DNA from: Ascidiella aspersa
Taxonomy: Eukaryota
Assembly (NCBI GenBank): GCA_963924565.1
Contig: OZ004612.1
Coordinates: 26,102,001 to 26,166,000, forward strand
Direction: 5' to 3'
DNA: 64,000 nt
Shown one piece after another: positions 47,101 to 59,900 of this stretch. How positions within the stretch are numbered: the stretch's first letter is position 1; every line of letters starts with the position of its first letter. The translations under genes and the position numbers were made by a program. Below the pieces are notes generated by a model. The model was given only the letters and a program-made list of their open reading frames with translations, was not told where the DNA came from and did not search any database.

Positions 47101-50100
47101 GACCAGATATTTTTGAACCACATGAGAAGTCAGCAATGCTGCACGAACCTTATGGTTTGAAGAGTCAAAGGTGTGTCCCTCCAGTAATCGGTAGAGTTCC
47201 TGGAAGCGCTGTTGGTTGTAGGCCACCATTGCTCGAGCCTTCAGCATGTGTTCGTCAGTACCACAAAGCAGGTGCTTGGGCAATGAGCTGATCAGCACGT
47301 TGAGACGGTCAAGTTCTCGTCGCTGCAGAAGGTCGTGACACATGCACGACACCTGTCGGCCCCAAGAAAGATCAGATTTGCTCGTCTTTTGGTGTTTTTT
47401 TTAATTATTATTGGGAAACACTTTTTCGTGACATTTTGATTTGGATGACTCCGCGGCGTTACAGCTTATCGCTTACTTCAGCGACGTCTAGAATTATTAA
47501 TTTTAATCTACGTTCTTTCAATTTTTTACTTCTCAGTATATAAGATGGCTAACTCACTCTCGTTTTAATTATTAACCCTGATGAGGTCAGCTGGTATCTG
47601 CTGCCGAAACGTCGGTTTATAATTCGTTTACACCAGAAGAGCGATTTCTATCTATTGATATGTTGCCTGGTGGAGCTAACTCTATTTTAAAGTTGACAAG
47701 TTGGATTTATGTTATATATTGGTGCTGTGAAAGCTGAACTAAGTTACATTAATTGTTAATGCATATTTTTAAATCTCCGTTTAAAGAAGATAACCTCAGT
47801 GAGATCGCAAACCAGGTCTGACAAATTTATTTTTGGATCGGCAACGCTGTTGTAATGAGTCAAGTCAATGACTTCACTTAAGAACACTTAAGCCAATATT
47901 TTCAAGTGAATTGACTTGGTCGTTTTGTTAAAATGGCTTGATGTGACTTAAGTCATTGAGTCAAGTGACTTCGGTCAAAATAAGGCGCCTTTAATTAACA
48001 TCTTATGTCAAGTTATTTGTCTCTTGAGCTATTTAGCTAAATGATTAGATGTAAAACGATTAGACTGCTACGTGTTATTTTGTTATTTTTTATTTAAATT
48101 ATTTCTTGTAATCAGACTAATTTACCAATTTCAATACATTTTATATTAATTTTTATATCGGTGAATTTACTTGAAGACTTGCTCTATAATGGCTTGACAT
48201 CGGCAATTATTAACTTTCAGTGGGACTTGGCCTGAAGTTTATGAAAATAACTTGAATTGGACTTGAGCTTCTCACAAATAACTTTGCTGGGAATTAAGTC
48301 ATTCAAAAATTATTTGCTTGCAACACTGTGGCACCAATGCCAGCGCAATACAGGAAAAAATGTCGACGCTACAAATTGGCATCGCGTATATACTCCGAAG
48401 AAGACCCTGTTCATGCGACACCATACTTTTATTGCAGTGGCTTTATGCAAAGTAAGTGGGTTTACATGACCCTAGACCAGTTAAGTCGTCAAGTGTGTTT
48501 CACACTCGGCCTATAGGCACCAGGAAAACCACCCACATGCCATTGGCGTCAGGGAAGCTACAAAAGGTGTAATACGATCTTATATATACGCAGGCAAGCT
48601 AAAAAGGGCGAAAAGCCATTCATACCCTTGAAGGGCGAGATCGCGAAAACATTGATCGTTGACCGGGCTCGCACAAAAAAATAACCACCATCAGTTGGTC
48701 GGTCATAGAACGTTAAACTCATGTTTGCCGTGATGTAAAGAAGCATTTGTTTTGTTTAGTGTTCTGGGAAAAAATACCTGGACAAATAATGTGGCGGCAC
48801 GTTTAGACCAAAATCAATTGGGATTAGGCATATGTGAAGATCCTCTGTAATTGTGCTGCTAATTAAGGTGTCCCGTACTCAGTGTTATAATGACTTAAAT
48901 CAATGACTTGACCTAAGTGCACTTTTGTCACTATTGTTTAATGACTTGACTTGACTTAAGTCTATTTGAAAAATGAATTGAGTTGAAAAGAAGTATTTTC
49001 GATGAGCATTTTTTAATTAAAATCGATTAATGATCTTAGTTTTCGCATAACACTATTTGCCTGCTATATTTTGCGCTTTGTGATGTTTTTATTTGAGATA
49101 TTTCTCATAGTAATCGATTGAGTTTACGAATCCTAATAATTTAACGTTTAATTTTTGACAAGGACTTGAGGTGGAATTAACTTTCTCTAATTGACTAGTT
49201 TTTCTCTAATTGTACTTGGACGGGACTCGACTTTCTATTTATTCAAAAATATATGACTTGTACTTACGTTTTTACAAATTGTTTTGTCTGGGACGTAAAA
49301 TATTTCAAGATGTCTTGTTTACAACACTGCCGATATTTGAAATTTGATTCCTATACCGATCCCAGGTGTTTTTGACAAAATTATGATGACCCGAAAACCG
49401 ACCTCGTTGTCCCGAAAGCTTCCAGTTTCCAATTGAGTCACTGTTCTACAACGACCCATCTCATTTCCAATATACAGGAGCGCGATTGGTCCGGGCTGAT
49501 TTAAATACAGCTCAGGTTATATGGAGATAGGTACATCCGCCCTTTTCGGTTTACATCCAAAGTTGCCAATCTTCAAGAGACTAATTACAATCTCCCGTTT
49601 CCCGAGTAAAGCGAAAGCAGCGAAATTCAAAGCACATCGAATTATGTTGAAAACAGTGGTTCTCAACCTTTCTTGTCGCATACCACTTATTGGCCTATTT
49701 AACTGTCCCTACGTATCTGTTTTAAAAAGAAACTATTTTGCTTCAATTAACTTCCATTAGTTAATTAAACCCAAATCGTCGCTATAATTAGCCGTGTATT
49801 ATGGGACGATCTTATGGAACTGAATTACGCGACTGACGATTACAGTTTGGGCGAAATATATACTGTATTCCTTCAAAAAAAGGTATGATCCTGGCTTCAC
49901 TCGGGCCTGGCTTCACTTACAAACTGAGTTTTATTGGTGTTTTACGCGTCAGGGGAACAGAAATCTTCTGCCAATCGTTTTGGGTTCTATGGAAATAGGC
50001 CTTTTTTAGAACGATTTAACGGAGCAAGAACATTTCTGGTAACGTTCGTCATGCGAAAACTTGCGTAATTTATGATCCTCACGGAATACTCAAGGTTTCG

Positions 50101-51271
50101 CTTATGCTTCTCATTTTTTTCGCCACGACCCGAATGCCATCGTAAATATGGCAGCGAATTTTTGCGACCTATAGTTCTATTCACAAAACTTTTCATAAGT
50201 GAGCAAAACATATATTCTAATTTAATTAATATGTGGCATTTCTCCGTATTTAAGCCAAAGTTTTGTCAATTTTTGCATGAATCTTGCCCTGAACCTATCT
50301 TAATAAATCTAACCATATAGTTGCGTTTAAGTATAGAAAATACGCTGCACATGCGAACAACTGTAGTCGGCGACCAGACCTAACTAAACGGCGACAAAAT
50401 TTCGGGTCTCGACACATAGGTTGAGAAAGACTTGCGAACCACTAGTACGTGTGTTATTTTTTGGACAAAAGTGATCTCTTAAATTACCTAAACGGTCTTT
50501 TAAAATATAGCTTAATTCAGTACAGTGGGAAAATTAATTATTTATCCAGGAACTATAGCAGGATTATTTTATATTTGTCTGCGATGGCTTTCAGGGTACT
50601 AATGCTATGTTAGCCGTAATCGTTGATCAGAGAACAGCAAGAGCTACATCACAATTGTTGAACATATATGTGTTTGAATCTTTCATATTTATATTAGGCC
50701 TAAGAAATATTTGCTCTTTCACCAAAAACCTTCTTTGAAAAAATATTGTCCTTGCAAAAGTTACCGGTTACCATAGTCAAACTTTAAAATGCCCGCGTAT
50801 ATTAGACAACTTATATATTCTATTTTAGATGGACACATCACCAACCTGTTCTGCGTTAAATATTGTGCTCCTTTCTACGTTGCTCGGCTGCGGGACAGCC
50901 CCCGATGCTTCGAGACCCATCTGGGGCTGAATCCGATGCAGAAAGGGGCTCGAACTCGCGGCCCCCTGACCCACGATCTGCTGCTGTTGCAGGCTGTTGT
51001 TGTTGCTTACGTTTCTCGACAGTAGCGAGCAGTCGCTCTGGCAGCTCGCAAACGCACTTTTACCGTCATAAAGGGGCTTTGCGATAAAGTCAACTGAAAC
51101 ATTGTAGTTGTTGCTGCTGCCGCTGCTGCTTCCGTTGCCATGGAGCCCAAACGCCCCGGGGCTGTCCGGCGCCCCGTCGCCGCCGTGGCCTCTTAAATGG
51201 GGAAATTCCTTGCCCGGGGCGCTGGCCACTTGCCCCCCTAGGACCGCTGTCGGGGCGGCTAGGGCGGTCAT
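38156..51271 (-). CDS. Six4/5: SIX-class homeobox transcription factor, Six4/5 subfamily; 7 coding exons
   Basis: Exons 51271-50846, 47352-47149, 45161-44848, 42406-42329, 40278-40167, 39406-39305, 38779-38156; GT-AG, phases 0/0/2/2/0/0. SIX domain FNAEQ|[50 protein letters not shown]. Homeodomain [32 protein letters not shown] is closest to the Six4/5 (ETVY) type. Confidence 0.93.
39445..39779. mobile_element. GACTT-family MITE (reverse orientation) in a Six4/5 intron
   Basis: cagtgttgtaaacaagtc ... gacttaagtcattgcaacac. Confidence 0.78.
40318..40725. mobile_element. GAGTCG-repeat MITE copy with truncated right end
   Basis: Colinear with 25921-26290; inserted about 40 bp upstream of a Six4/5 splice acceptor. 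Confidence 0.82.
43771..43918 (+). mobile_element. Second copy of the hairpin element, flanked by an 11-bp direct repeat
   Basis: Arms 43804-43834 and 43887-43917; flanks agctaacactt at 43760-43770 and 43919-43929; near reverse complement of 15630-15780. Confidence 0.78.
47567..47624 (+). ncRNA. Minimal type I hammerhead ribozyme, Penelope-like-element type
   Basis: Core CUGAUGA (47578-47584); stem II gg(t)cagc/gctgcc; GAAA (47606-47609); CG-UC with predicted cleavage after C47613; stem I aattattaacc/ggtttataatt (10 of 11 pairs). Confidence 0.72.
47845..48328. mobile_element. Degenerate GACTT-family MITE
   Basis: cgctgttgtaatgagtcaagtcaatgactt ... ttgcaacactg. Confidence 0.72.
48880..49329. 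mobile_element. GACTT-family MITE
   Basis: cagtgttataatgacttaa ... ttgtttacaacactg. Confidence 0.8.
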
Positions 51272-51349
51272 CGCTGGTGCTGGTCGAAGGTACGTTGAGG
51301 TAGTTTACATCTTCTTTCGGTCTCTGATGACTGTGCGAGACGCAATCTA

Positions 51350-51727
51350 ATTTAGGTTCAGCAAGTTTATTTGCAAACTGCAGGGCTAAATTGTTCTCTG
51401 CAATCAAAATGATGTTTTTGTTACACAAATTAAAGTTTAGGCGTCTAATATAAAAGAAATCTCCAATACACAGCAAGAAAATATAAGTTCAGCACGTTTA
51501 TTTACGAGGTGCAGGGCTTAAGTGTTATCTTCAAGCAAAATAGTCTTTTCACAACAATCAAATTTTAGAGGTCTAATTTAAAAAATAACCTCTAATACAC
51601 AGACAATAAATATAACTCCAGCGCGTTTATTAGTATGAGGTACAGGTTTTGTTCTCTGCATAAATAACGGTTTTGTGTTACAAGAAATAAAGTTAACAGG
51701 TTTAATAAAAAAAGGCTTGAATACACT
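51350..51727. repeat. Three degenerate tandem units of about 130 bp
   Basis: ttcagcaagtttatt / ttcagcacgtttatt / tccagcgcgtttatt at about 51357, 51488 and 51617, each followed by a caggg/caggt, a t(c/t)taat and an aatacac motif. Confidence 0.65.
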
Positions 51728-51829
51728 TTCTGACCGCTGAAACAGAAATAAACTGAATGTTTGTGCGGCTAACTTTAGAGATTGCACTACAAAACCTACC
51801 ACTTCTATAAACTGTACCTTACTATAGTA

Positions 51830-52175
51830 CAGTGGTTCTCAACCTTTTTTCTTTGGTGGCCCATTTACGTTGCAAAAAAATTCTGTGGCCCCATAACTTT
51901 TTTGAAAGAAAAAAATGTAAAATAGGTTTACAACAAAACACAGCAGGACATATTCCAAAACAGATTATTTATTCAACCGTGCATTAGTGAGATACTTGCT
52001 GCTGAACAATAAAGTTACATTCCTTTTTAATTCCTCCCCAAGCCATTATTCCTGTACAATTAAATATAATGACACAAATGAAACTAAATCTTGCGTTTTT
52101 AAATTGGTCTGTGGCCCACCTCAAATGTTCTTATGGCCCACCAGTGAGCCATGGCCCACTGGTTGGGAACCGCTG
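51830..52175. mobile_element. hAT-type MITE (CAGTGGTTCTCAACC), homologue of 20628-20927
   Basis: cagtggttctcaaccttttt ... ggttgggaaccgctg; an extra right-end fragment lies at about 52646-52676. Confidence 0.8.
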
Positions 52176-54429
52176 GTCTAGACCAAATAACCATAAAATA
52201 GACTGTTCAAAAGCTTGTCAGTGTTATCAAATCAACCCATTTTTCAGGTGAATAACTTAATAGTATTTTGGTTCTGAATAAGATTCCTTTTATAAAACAG
52301 ACCGCTAGGTTGATTTAAAATGGATGACTGTTTCCAACAGGCTTGTTGATGGAGTAACTCTTCATAATCGCTGTTTTTAGGCCCGACTAGATTCCATAAC
52401 TTGTGGCCGCCAACGATGCGTTTCAAGAAATATTTTTGTCAATATCTTCACCTAAAATTGTGCCACATCCCAAAATGGTATAAACCTTATTTTAAATTTA
52501 TCAGGCCCGGCACATTTACGCCGAATAACGTCAGTGCAAGGTTTTGCGCAAGTGTACCACGCTAAAGATTTCGGTGGGAAGGCTAAGAATGCAATAGGGT
52601 TTGGGCAGTTGGCTTCGAGAACTTATGTGATAGTTTACTAGTTTCGAGCCATGGCCCACTGGTTGAGAACCGCTGCTATTAACCTATTTGTAGGTTCAAA
52701 CAATTTCAAAATTACTGTCGAAATTTTTCCTATACGTAAAGTATACGTAATTACTATAGTTAATATACTTATTTGTTGGTTGAAATTTGTTTCTTGTTTG
52801 TCCATTTAATTGACGACACTCGTTTTGTCCTGACAGATTTATAACTCAGCTGGTATTTTTTAATTAAGGCGATTTTCCAGTCTTAGAAAAAAGGGCCAGT
52901 TTTTTTTAATTCGGATGGGTCACGACGAAATAATTCTTAATTCCTAGGAGTAACTTTTTTACGCTTTAACCTTTTTATTTGCACGCTTAAATTTTCATAA
53001 CACAAATTTATGAGTGATCCGTAAAATGTCGTAGGACCACTCCTGGTACTTTTTGGACCATCTTTTATGTTGCTCCGGAGGTATTAAAGCTAAACGAGTC
53101 GATAAATTATCCAAATTTAACTTGATAACATATGATTTTTCTAGAAAACTGCAGTTTCACATTTAGCGAAAAGCGTGCGGTAATTTTCCACTGATGCGTT
53201 TCCAGTAATCGGCAATACGTAACGCGGCATTTTCGCCAAAACCGGCTCTTCTGCGCAATTTTAGAAGCAACATTTTGCGCGATAGAAAATACTTCCACGA
53301 AAATTACCGGGCCCGTTGGCCCGTTCTACTGGATGCAGATCATCCGACGACATGCGCGCGCTACGGCAATTATGCTCCATCCATCAAAGTTGCGTTAACT
53401 AATAGCTTTTTCAGTCTGCGCTTCCTTTTCGTATTTTCACGTCGCGTAGCCGACATAGGCACGATATAGTTTGGCATTTTTGCCCCTCATTTTTTTAAAA
53501 CATTTTATTAGGACTATACTTCACCTTGACGATAGCGATTTGAACTGGTTGCACAAACGTTGGTTAACGATTACAAACAATTGTTTATATCCGCGTCAGC
53601 GGAACTGTGATCGACAAGCAGAAACCTGCTGCCAATGGTTTTGGATTCCATAAAAATACGCCCTTCTATGTATTAACGATTACAATTACCGGAGGACCAG
53701 TTTTCTTGATTATTAGTACTGTACCTGGTAGCAACAGTATATATATATATATATTCCATTGTTGCGTGGACAAATCGACTGCTTACAGTTCGGTAAACCA
53801 GATTTTACACTTTTCGCAAAATTGCAAGCAGTACTGCTGCATCTATTGCTTTCGCAATAAGCTATTTTCTTGTCCTTTTCTTGGCAAAATAACATATCTG
53901 TTCTTTTTGCATTCCATATGCAAAAATCCCACATGCTACCTTTTGTATAAAATAAATGAGCCAACAAGAGATACTTAGTAGAATTAATTCACATAACTGA
54001 ACGCACATGCGTGTTGTTGCGCCAATGACTGAACCTCATTTCTCATAACAAAGTAAAGTAAAAACACAACAAACCTATCACTTCAGTTCAGGGGTAAAGC
54101 AAGTACTTTCAGTTAATTGTCTGGATTCTTTTTACTTTTTAAATCAGAATAATTAGAGTATTTGCTGTTATTATTTGTGCATTAATCCATCAAAACGCTT
54201 TCCTTGTCGAACAACTTTGCTAGACCTGACTCGAACTATGTTGCTGATATTCTATTAAAAAACTGATACCATCACATTATGCATGGTTCGCTTCAACCTT
54301 GCTGCATTTTTAGCTTATCAGGACTAAAACATAACTTCTCTATTATATTTCTGCGTGCTTAACAGATGGAAAATACTCTCTACGAGGTCGTCACAAGACT
54401 CCAAGACTATATATACACATATATATACG

Positions 54430-54930
54430 CACGTGTAAGCAGCTATTTAGTAAGCCGAAGGTGAGTCGCTCGAACGGCCGTCCCAATTCAGGCGCTCGTC
54501 TCTGGGGTAATCCTACAAGCAGAGTCTATAGGCGCAATCGAAAAGGCAATAAAGAGTGGGATTCCTGTCGCCGCCGCGGACAGCCCAGATCCCCAACACA
54601 CGCGACTGCAACACAGCGCCGCGTTGTCCGACGAACTCCAGCTCTGAGTCGTACCTGCGTCTTTCTGGAGGCAGCAAGCGGCTTGATTGACTCGCACCCA
54701 CCCCTCCCTTGAAAAAACCTAACGCGGCTACTGTTGCCGCTGCTCGAAAAAAGGGGGCCCTAACATCGCGAATAGTTTCCTTTTGCCCGTATCGAATTTC
54801 TAGCCGAAATGGCTTGCTCACGCCAGCACACCAGCCCTATGATGCAAATATCCCTGCTGTAGGCTTTAGAATACGACAGCGGCACGGTTCTTGCTGTTTG
54901 CGCCACTGCATTGTCCATCGCAGGGTTTCC
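54430..54930 (-). promoter_or_regulatory. GC/CpG-rich island; candidate Six4/5 non-coding first exon or promoter between divergent Six4/5 and NPHP1
   Basis: Local GC/CpG enrichment and a minus-strand donor-like cgcag|gtacga near 54654. The Six4/5 ATG exon has an upstream acceptor (51347-51348) and an in-frame upstream stop, implying a 5' UTR intron or trans-splicing. Confidence 0.4.
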
Positions 54931-56961
54931 TAAACTTTTCTTACCGTAGAACTTTTTGTTTGTTTAGCGTGAGCCAGGGTCAGATTGAATTTTTTAGAAA
55001 TGGTGTCATAAAATGACCTCATAAGACGAATATAGACTTAAAAAAAATGTGCTGTTTTCAGTCCAAAAAATGACTAACTTAAATGGTGTCCAAATACATT
55101 CAACAAGATAAGGCCAAAGCGTTTTCAATAAAACTATGTTCTGCTAAAATTGTAATTCTATTTTTTTAATTGGAGAGACATATATCAATTAGGCTTTCTT
55201 GTTACCCTAAAGATTTTCCACCATAACAATTTAAGAACCCCTGGTCGAACGCGAATACATTTCAATGTTACTTCACTATGCAGTATGGCTTCATGTTGTA
55301 CAAACATTTGTGAATTGTATGCATTCATTTATATCTATTAATGAAAATATGTCGAAAGTGCCCCGACTGCTGTGATGTGCTTTTTTGCAATGCTATCTTC
55401 TGTGCGAACTTCCGAGCAATATTCGGCTTTAAAATGATGAAGTATGGCGATACAAAAAAGTAAATGGTCGTTAGCTGCATCATGAGAGCTTTTCTATTAT
55501 AATTTGTTTTTCTTATGCTTTTTTGCCAACTTATTTATCAAACAAACAAAAACACACTTTTGAACAATTAATGCTGCTATATTTCACCCAGCGTAAAAAA
55601 TTATGAGCAACTCGGGGGTGAAAAACTCGCGGCCTGGTTGACGTTTTGATCGGTTAACCGAGCGACCAAGCTATGACTTCCATCTCATTTAACCCTTATT
55701 ATAACAGCATTTTAAATGCTTAAAGTCTTCAGTTAAGTGTTCGTCACACGATGACAAAGTTCAGGTTAAAAATCAATTTATTTACGTGTTGGATCTACGG
55801 TTGCTTGCGATATGCTCAGTTTAGAGCGTTTGTGGCCTATTTAGGATATTGAAGCTATTTTTAATTGGTTACTGTTTATGGAAGTATTTTCCTATACGAA
55901 ATGGTTTAACATGACCTACTTATCAACACTGTACGATGTTTTTCGTCTTGTATAGGCTATATGCTGGTTGGACAATTACATTCGCAGGAAACGACTCTTT
56001 TTTAATTGCGAAACAGGCTGGGTAGGTTAATGGTAGCACATCGAGAAAAGCATTTAAGTTCACAAAGCGTTTTCGTTTCACTTAAATTGACAGTAAATGT
56101 TGGGCTACTCGACATATCATAGGGCAAAATCACTTGACTTAGACTTAAATATTTCCTATGAATATATTTGGTAGTGTGGGTTAGTCTTTCACCTCAATTT
56201 CTTCTTGTACAACAATTTGCTCGTTAAATGTTACGTTTTCGTTGTTATCTAACCAAAACATCGCCAGGATCAGGCGAATTCACCACTTTTATAAATCAAT
56301 ATTTTTTTGGTGCCAATAACTTGACTTGGACTTTTTACTTGAAGTTCGTTTTTTCTCAGAAAGGCGCAAAAGGTTTAGTGCGACCGTCTGCAGAGGTCCT
56401 CCGTTCTCTACGGTAACTATAGATTTTTTGGCCATTTTGTTTTTCTTTATGGTCGTATTGCAAATTAATTTGTGAATATTATCTTTTCAGCATGTTCAAT
56501 AACAGCAGTGTTGTATTTAAAAATTTTTTTTTAAACTGATGTCATTGATGAATTATTTTTTTACATCGTAATATTCGAAAACAATTGCGCGATTTAAAAG
56601 GTGTATGACTGAATGGATAATTAATTTGTCAGTGTTTGTTATCCACTCGATAAACAATAACTACCTGAAAATAGAACCATTGCACAATACATTGTATTAG
56701 ACACTGTTTTTCGGTTTAAACTGTTCTGATGCATAAACATTCATGTTTGTATTATCAATTTCGTAAACTACAATAACCTTACCAAACGAAGTATAATTTA
56801 ATAGCTTCACGCTTCGGTGCCCTTGGTTGCACCGTACGCTAAATTCCAAACAGTTTAATATTTTCAAACTGTTTGTTAAATCCTTTTGTAAAACGGCGTT
56901 TTCATATTTTGACAACAAACTGGTTTCAAATATGTGGTTATGGTTTAATTAAGGATTAGAA

Positions 56962-59900
56962 ATGTCATTAGCTCCGAAGAGAAGTGATGGTCCGTTGGGC
57001 CAACTCCAAAAAGAAGGCGACGTTTTAAAAACTAAAGTAAGTCCAATCTAAACGAAAATTAAAATATTCTTTACTTTAATAAGTTTAAAATACAGCATTA
57101 TAACAGGTTCCAAATTCTCCCGTTGTGTTTTAAATGCTCCCGGTATATATAAAGTAAACTTATTAGTAAACATTTTAATAATGTAAACCGAATATATCAT
57201 AAATTGACTTAATAATTTGCCATTTACTGATGCTGGTTAAACGATTTAGATATTTAAATAATGGTCTGATAAGCCTGTTTGCATTAATTGGCAGGTGCAC
57301 ATTCGAGATTTAAAAAAAAAAGTTGTGTGCACACTTGAATTAGTAACTTGCATACCTAAATTTGGTGCATTATTCACAAGATATTGGCGTGAAATGACAT
57401 GAAATGCAGACTGGCAGTTGAGTATGGCAAGTGTATCCATAAGTTTTTGAACAGACCAAACCTGTATCCCCAAAAGTCATGGAACACAGATTGAACAGAA
57501 TTCCATTTACATGCCATCCCTACTGTTTTTCAATTCACCCTCTAGATCAGAGGTTGCCAACGTGGGCGTTACTGCCCCCCCCCCTGTGGGTGTTGGCGAG
57601 TTCTAAGGGGGCGTTTTGAGTCTTTTCATGATTTGGGGGGCGCTGAACGCACATAAGGGGGCGTTACATGAAAGTACTTATATCAAAATTTTATAAAAAG
57701 TTCACATACAAATAGTAACAAACAGCACTGTAGGACGTAGGTAACTTTTAACCTTAAATGGCAACTTCCGTACTGCGAACTTGTAGTAGTTTCTCGACCA
57801 TTGTTACGTAATAATTGGCTTTCTTATGTAAAGCTGTTGATTGTTGTTGCGTTTCACCGTTTTATACTCGTCAAAATGTTTGTATATTTAAAGCAGGGGT
57901 CGCCAATCTATGGCCCTCTACCCGCCGACTCTTTGACAACTAGACACGAGTCCATTTTAAATACTTTTTGACTATTTTAACTTAGTACGGGAGAAAATTT
58001 TTCGCGCTGCGCGAATAATCTTTCTACGTCCTGTTTGTTTACGTTTTGATGCTGTTTTTGGACTAGATCAGCGCTTCTTTACCGTTGGGACGTGGAAGGC
58101 AGCAAAGTGTGTCGCGGACAAACGGAAAACTTATTCAAAATTATTAGACATATATTTTTTAACATTTTTTATTTTTTCGCCAATGTAATAAAAACTAGCA
58201 GGAAATTTAAAAGAAATGCCGTTATACCCCCAAAAAATCGCGCTCGCTTCGCACGACAGGTGCGCCCGGACTTCAAAACATTAACAAACACTATTACACT
58301 TTTCATTATTAGAATGGATAAAAAAAAATGCGAGGCCCGCCTGATTCACAGTTGTTGTAACATTTTTCTTATTTAACATTTTGCGCGGCCCACAGAGACA
58401 TTTATGAGTATGGTTGCGGCCCGCGACTAGAAAAGGATTTAAAGTCTTGGTGCAGAAAGGTATGAATTTTTCCAGGTAATGACATAACCTGGTGAAATAA
58501 TGTATGTATAAATTCCAATAGTGAATGTATGTTAGGCAACCTAAAATATCACTGACAGCTTATCGAAACGAAAGTGAAGACAATATGATGTTAGACAAAG
58601 ATTAATATAATACTTTACTGTAAAGCAAGATGAGGGGGGCGATATGAAATAATACTGCGCCCAAGGGGGCACTAGTGTAAAAAAGGTTGGGAAACACTGC
58701 TCTAGATCGTATCTTAATCATCCATAATTGCCAGAATGATATTTTCATGTTTCTGCATTAAGCTGGGGTCACCAAAATTTTTTCCTTAAGGGCTGGATAG
58801 CTGTAAGGCCTGACCATCGCAGAACTAAGTCTGTATTATTTAAAAAAATGCATATTACGAGGAGGAAATGTTTATGCAGCCTAAAGTTGCGCAGCTGCAA
58901 TGAAGTTTTGCGCGACTGTAATAACATTCTTACTAAAATTTGCACTGAATTAAGTACTATACTGCAAACCGATAACTTGAACTTGTTCTCTCAAGCTATT
59001 TTTCATAGGTGAACAATTTAGGGCGATTTTTCACCGCAACTTATTTTTCCAACCTATGATTTATCTGATTCTCTAAATTGCACACCTAAAATCATTGTGC
59101 CGTGTTGGCATAAAACACCCCAGGTTGTGCATAAAATTCACCGCGACTTAACTTTCCAACCTCTGATTTATCTGATTCTCTAAATTGCACACCTAAAATC
59201 ATTGTGCCGTGTTGGCATAAAACACCCCAGGTTGTGCATAAAACACTAATTACTAACTACAACCTTAAAAATGTTGTACTTCCATACCAGTCCGAAATGC
59301 AGACTGGGGTCAAGCCTGTCTGTAAAGTATGTAATATATCAAAAAGATCTTAAAAATTCATAACTGAAAAGTCAAAAAGACTAGTTGTACTTAAGATACA
59401 AAAAGTTAACTTCATTAAAATTAATATGGAAAAGTCAGGCTACATGTGTAACTTTTCAAAGTGCTGGTTTGGTCTGTTAGAAAAACACTTGCAAGTTGCA
59501 ATGCTTATCTGAGTTGAAATCATTAAACTTCACACGCATGAGGGATTAATTTATTTGCCATCAAAGTATTAAGTTTATGTAAAGGCCTTTTTAAAACCAA
59601 TTGGCTTGTTTTGTATTTCAGATAGATGAAATAACGGGAATCAGCAGCAAATGGTCCCCCCAAAATGCTTCGGACCCTGATGTGGTATCTGCCCATAAAA
59701 ATTGTGTGACATTCAAGATCGAGGCGTCTTCACTGCTTTTACGAGCAAATAATTTGCAACAGGTGAAAAAACCAAAAAAATAACTCCTGCGTAACATGAA
59801 AAAAATTGCTACAACTCTTATGTAAAAGTGTTTCGACAAATTATTCAAATTTCTAATTATAAACTGGATTTATGACAGGTTTTGGTTTGGTGTCCAAGTG

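Noticed and set aside
53607-53978. Similar ORF starts MIDKQKP.. here and at about 63660-63727
   Set aside because: A dispersed non-coding repeat (also at about 49955-50010), not a gene family.
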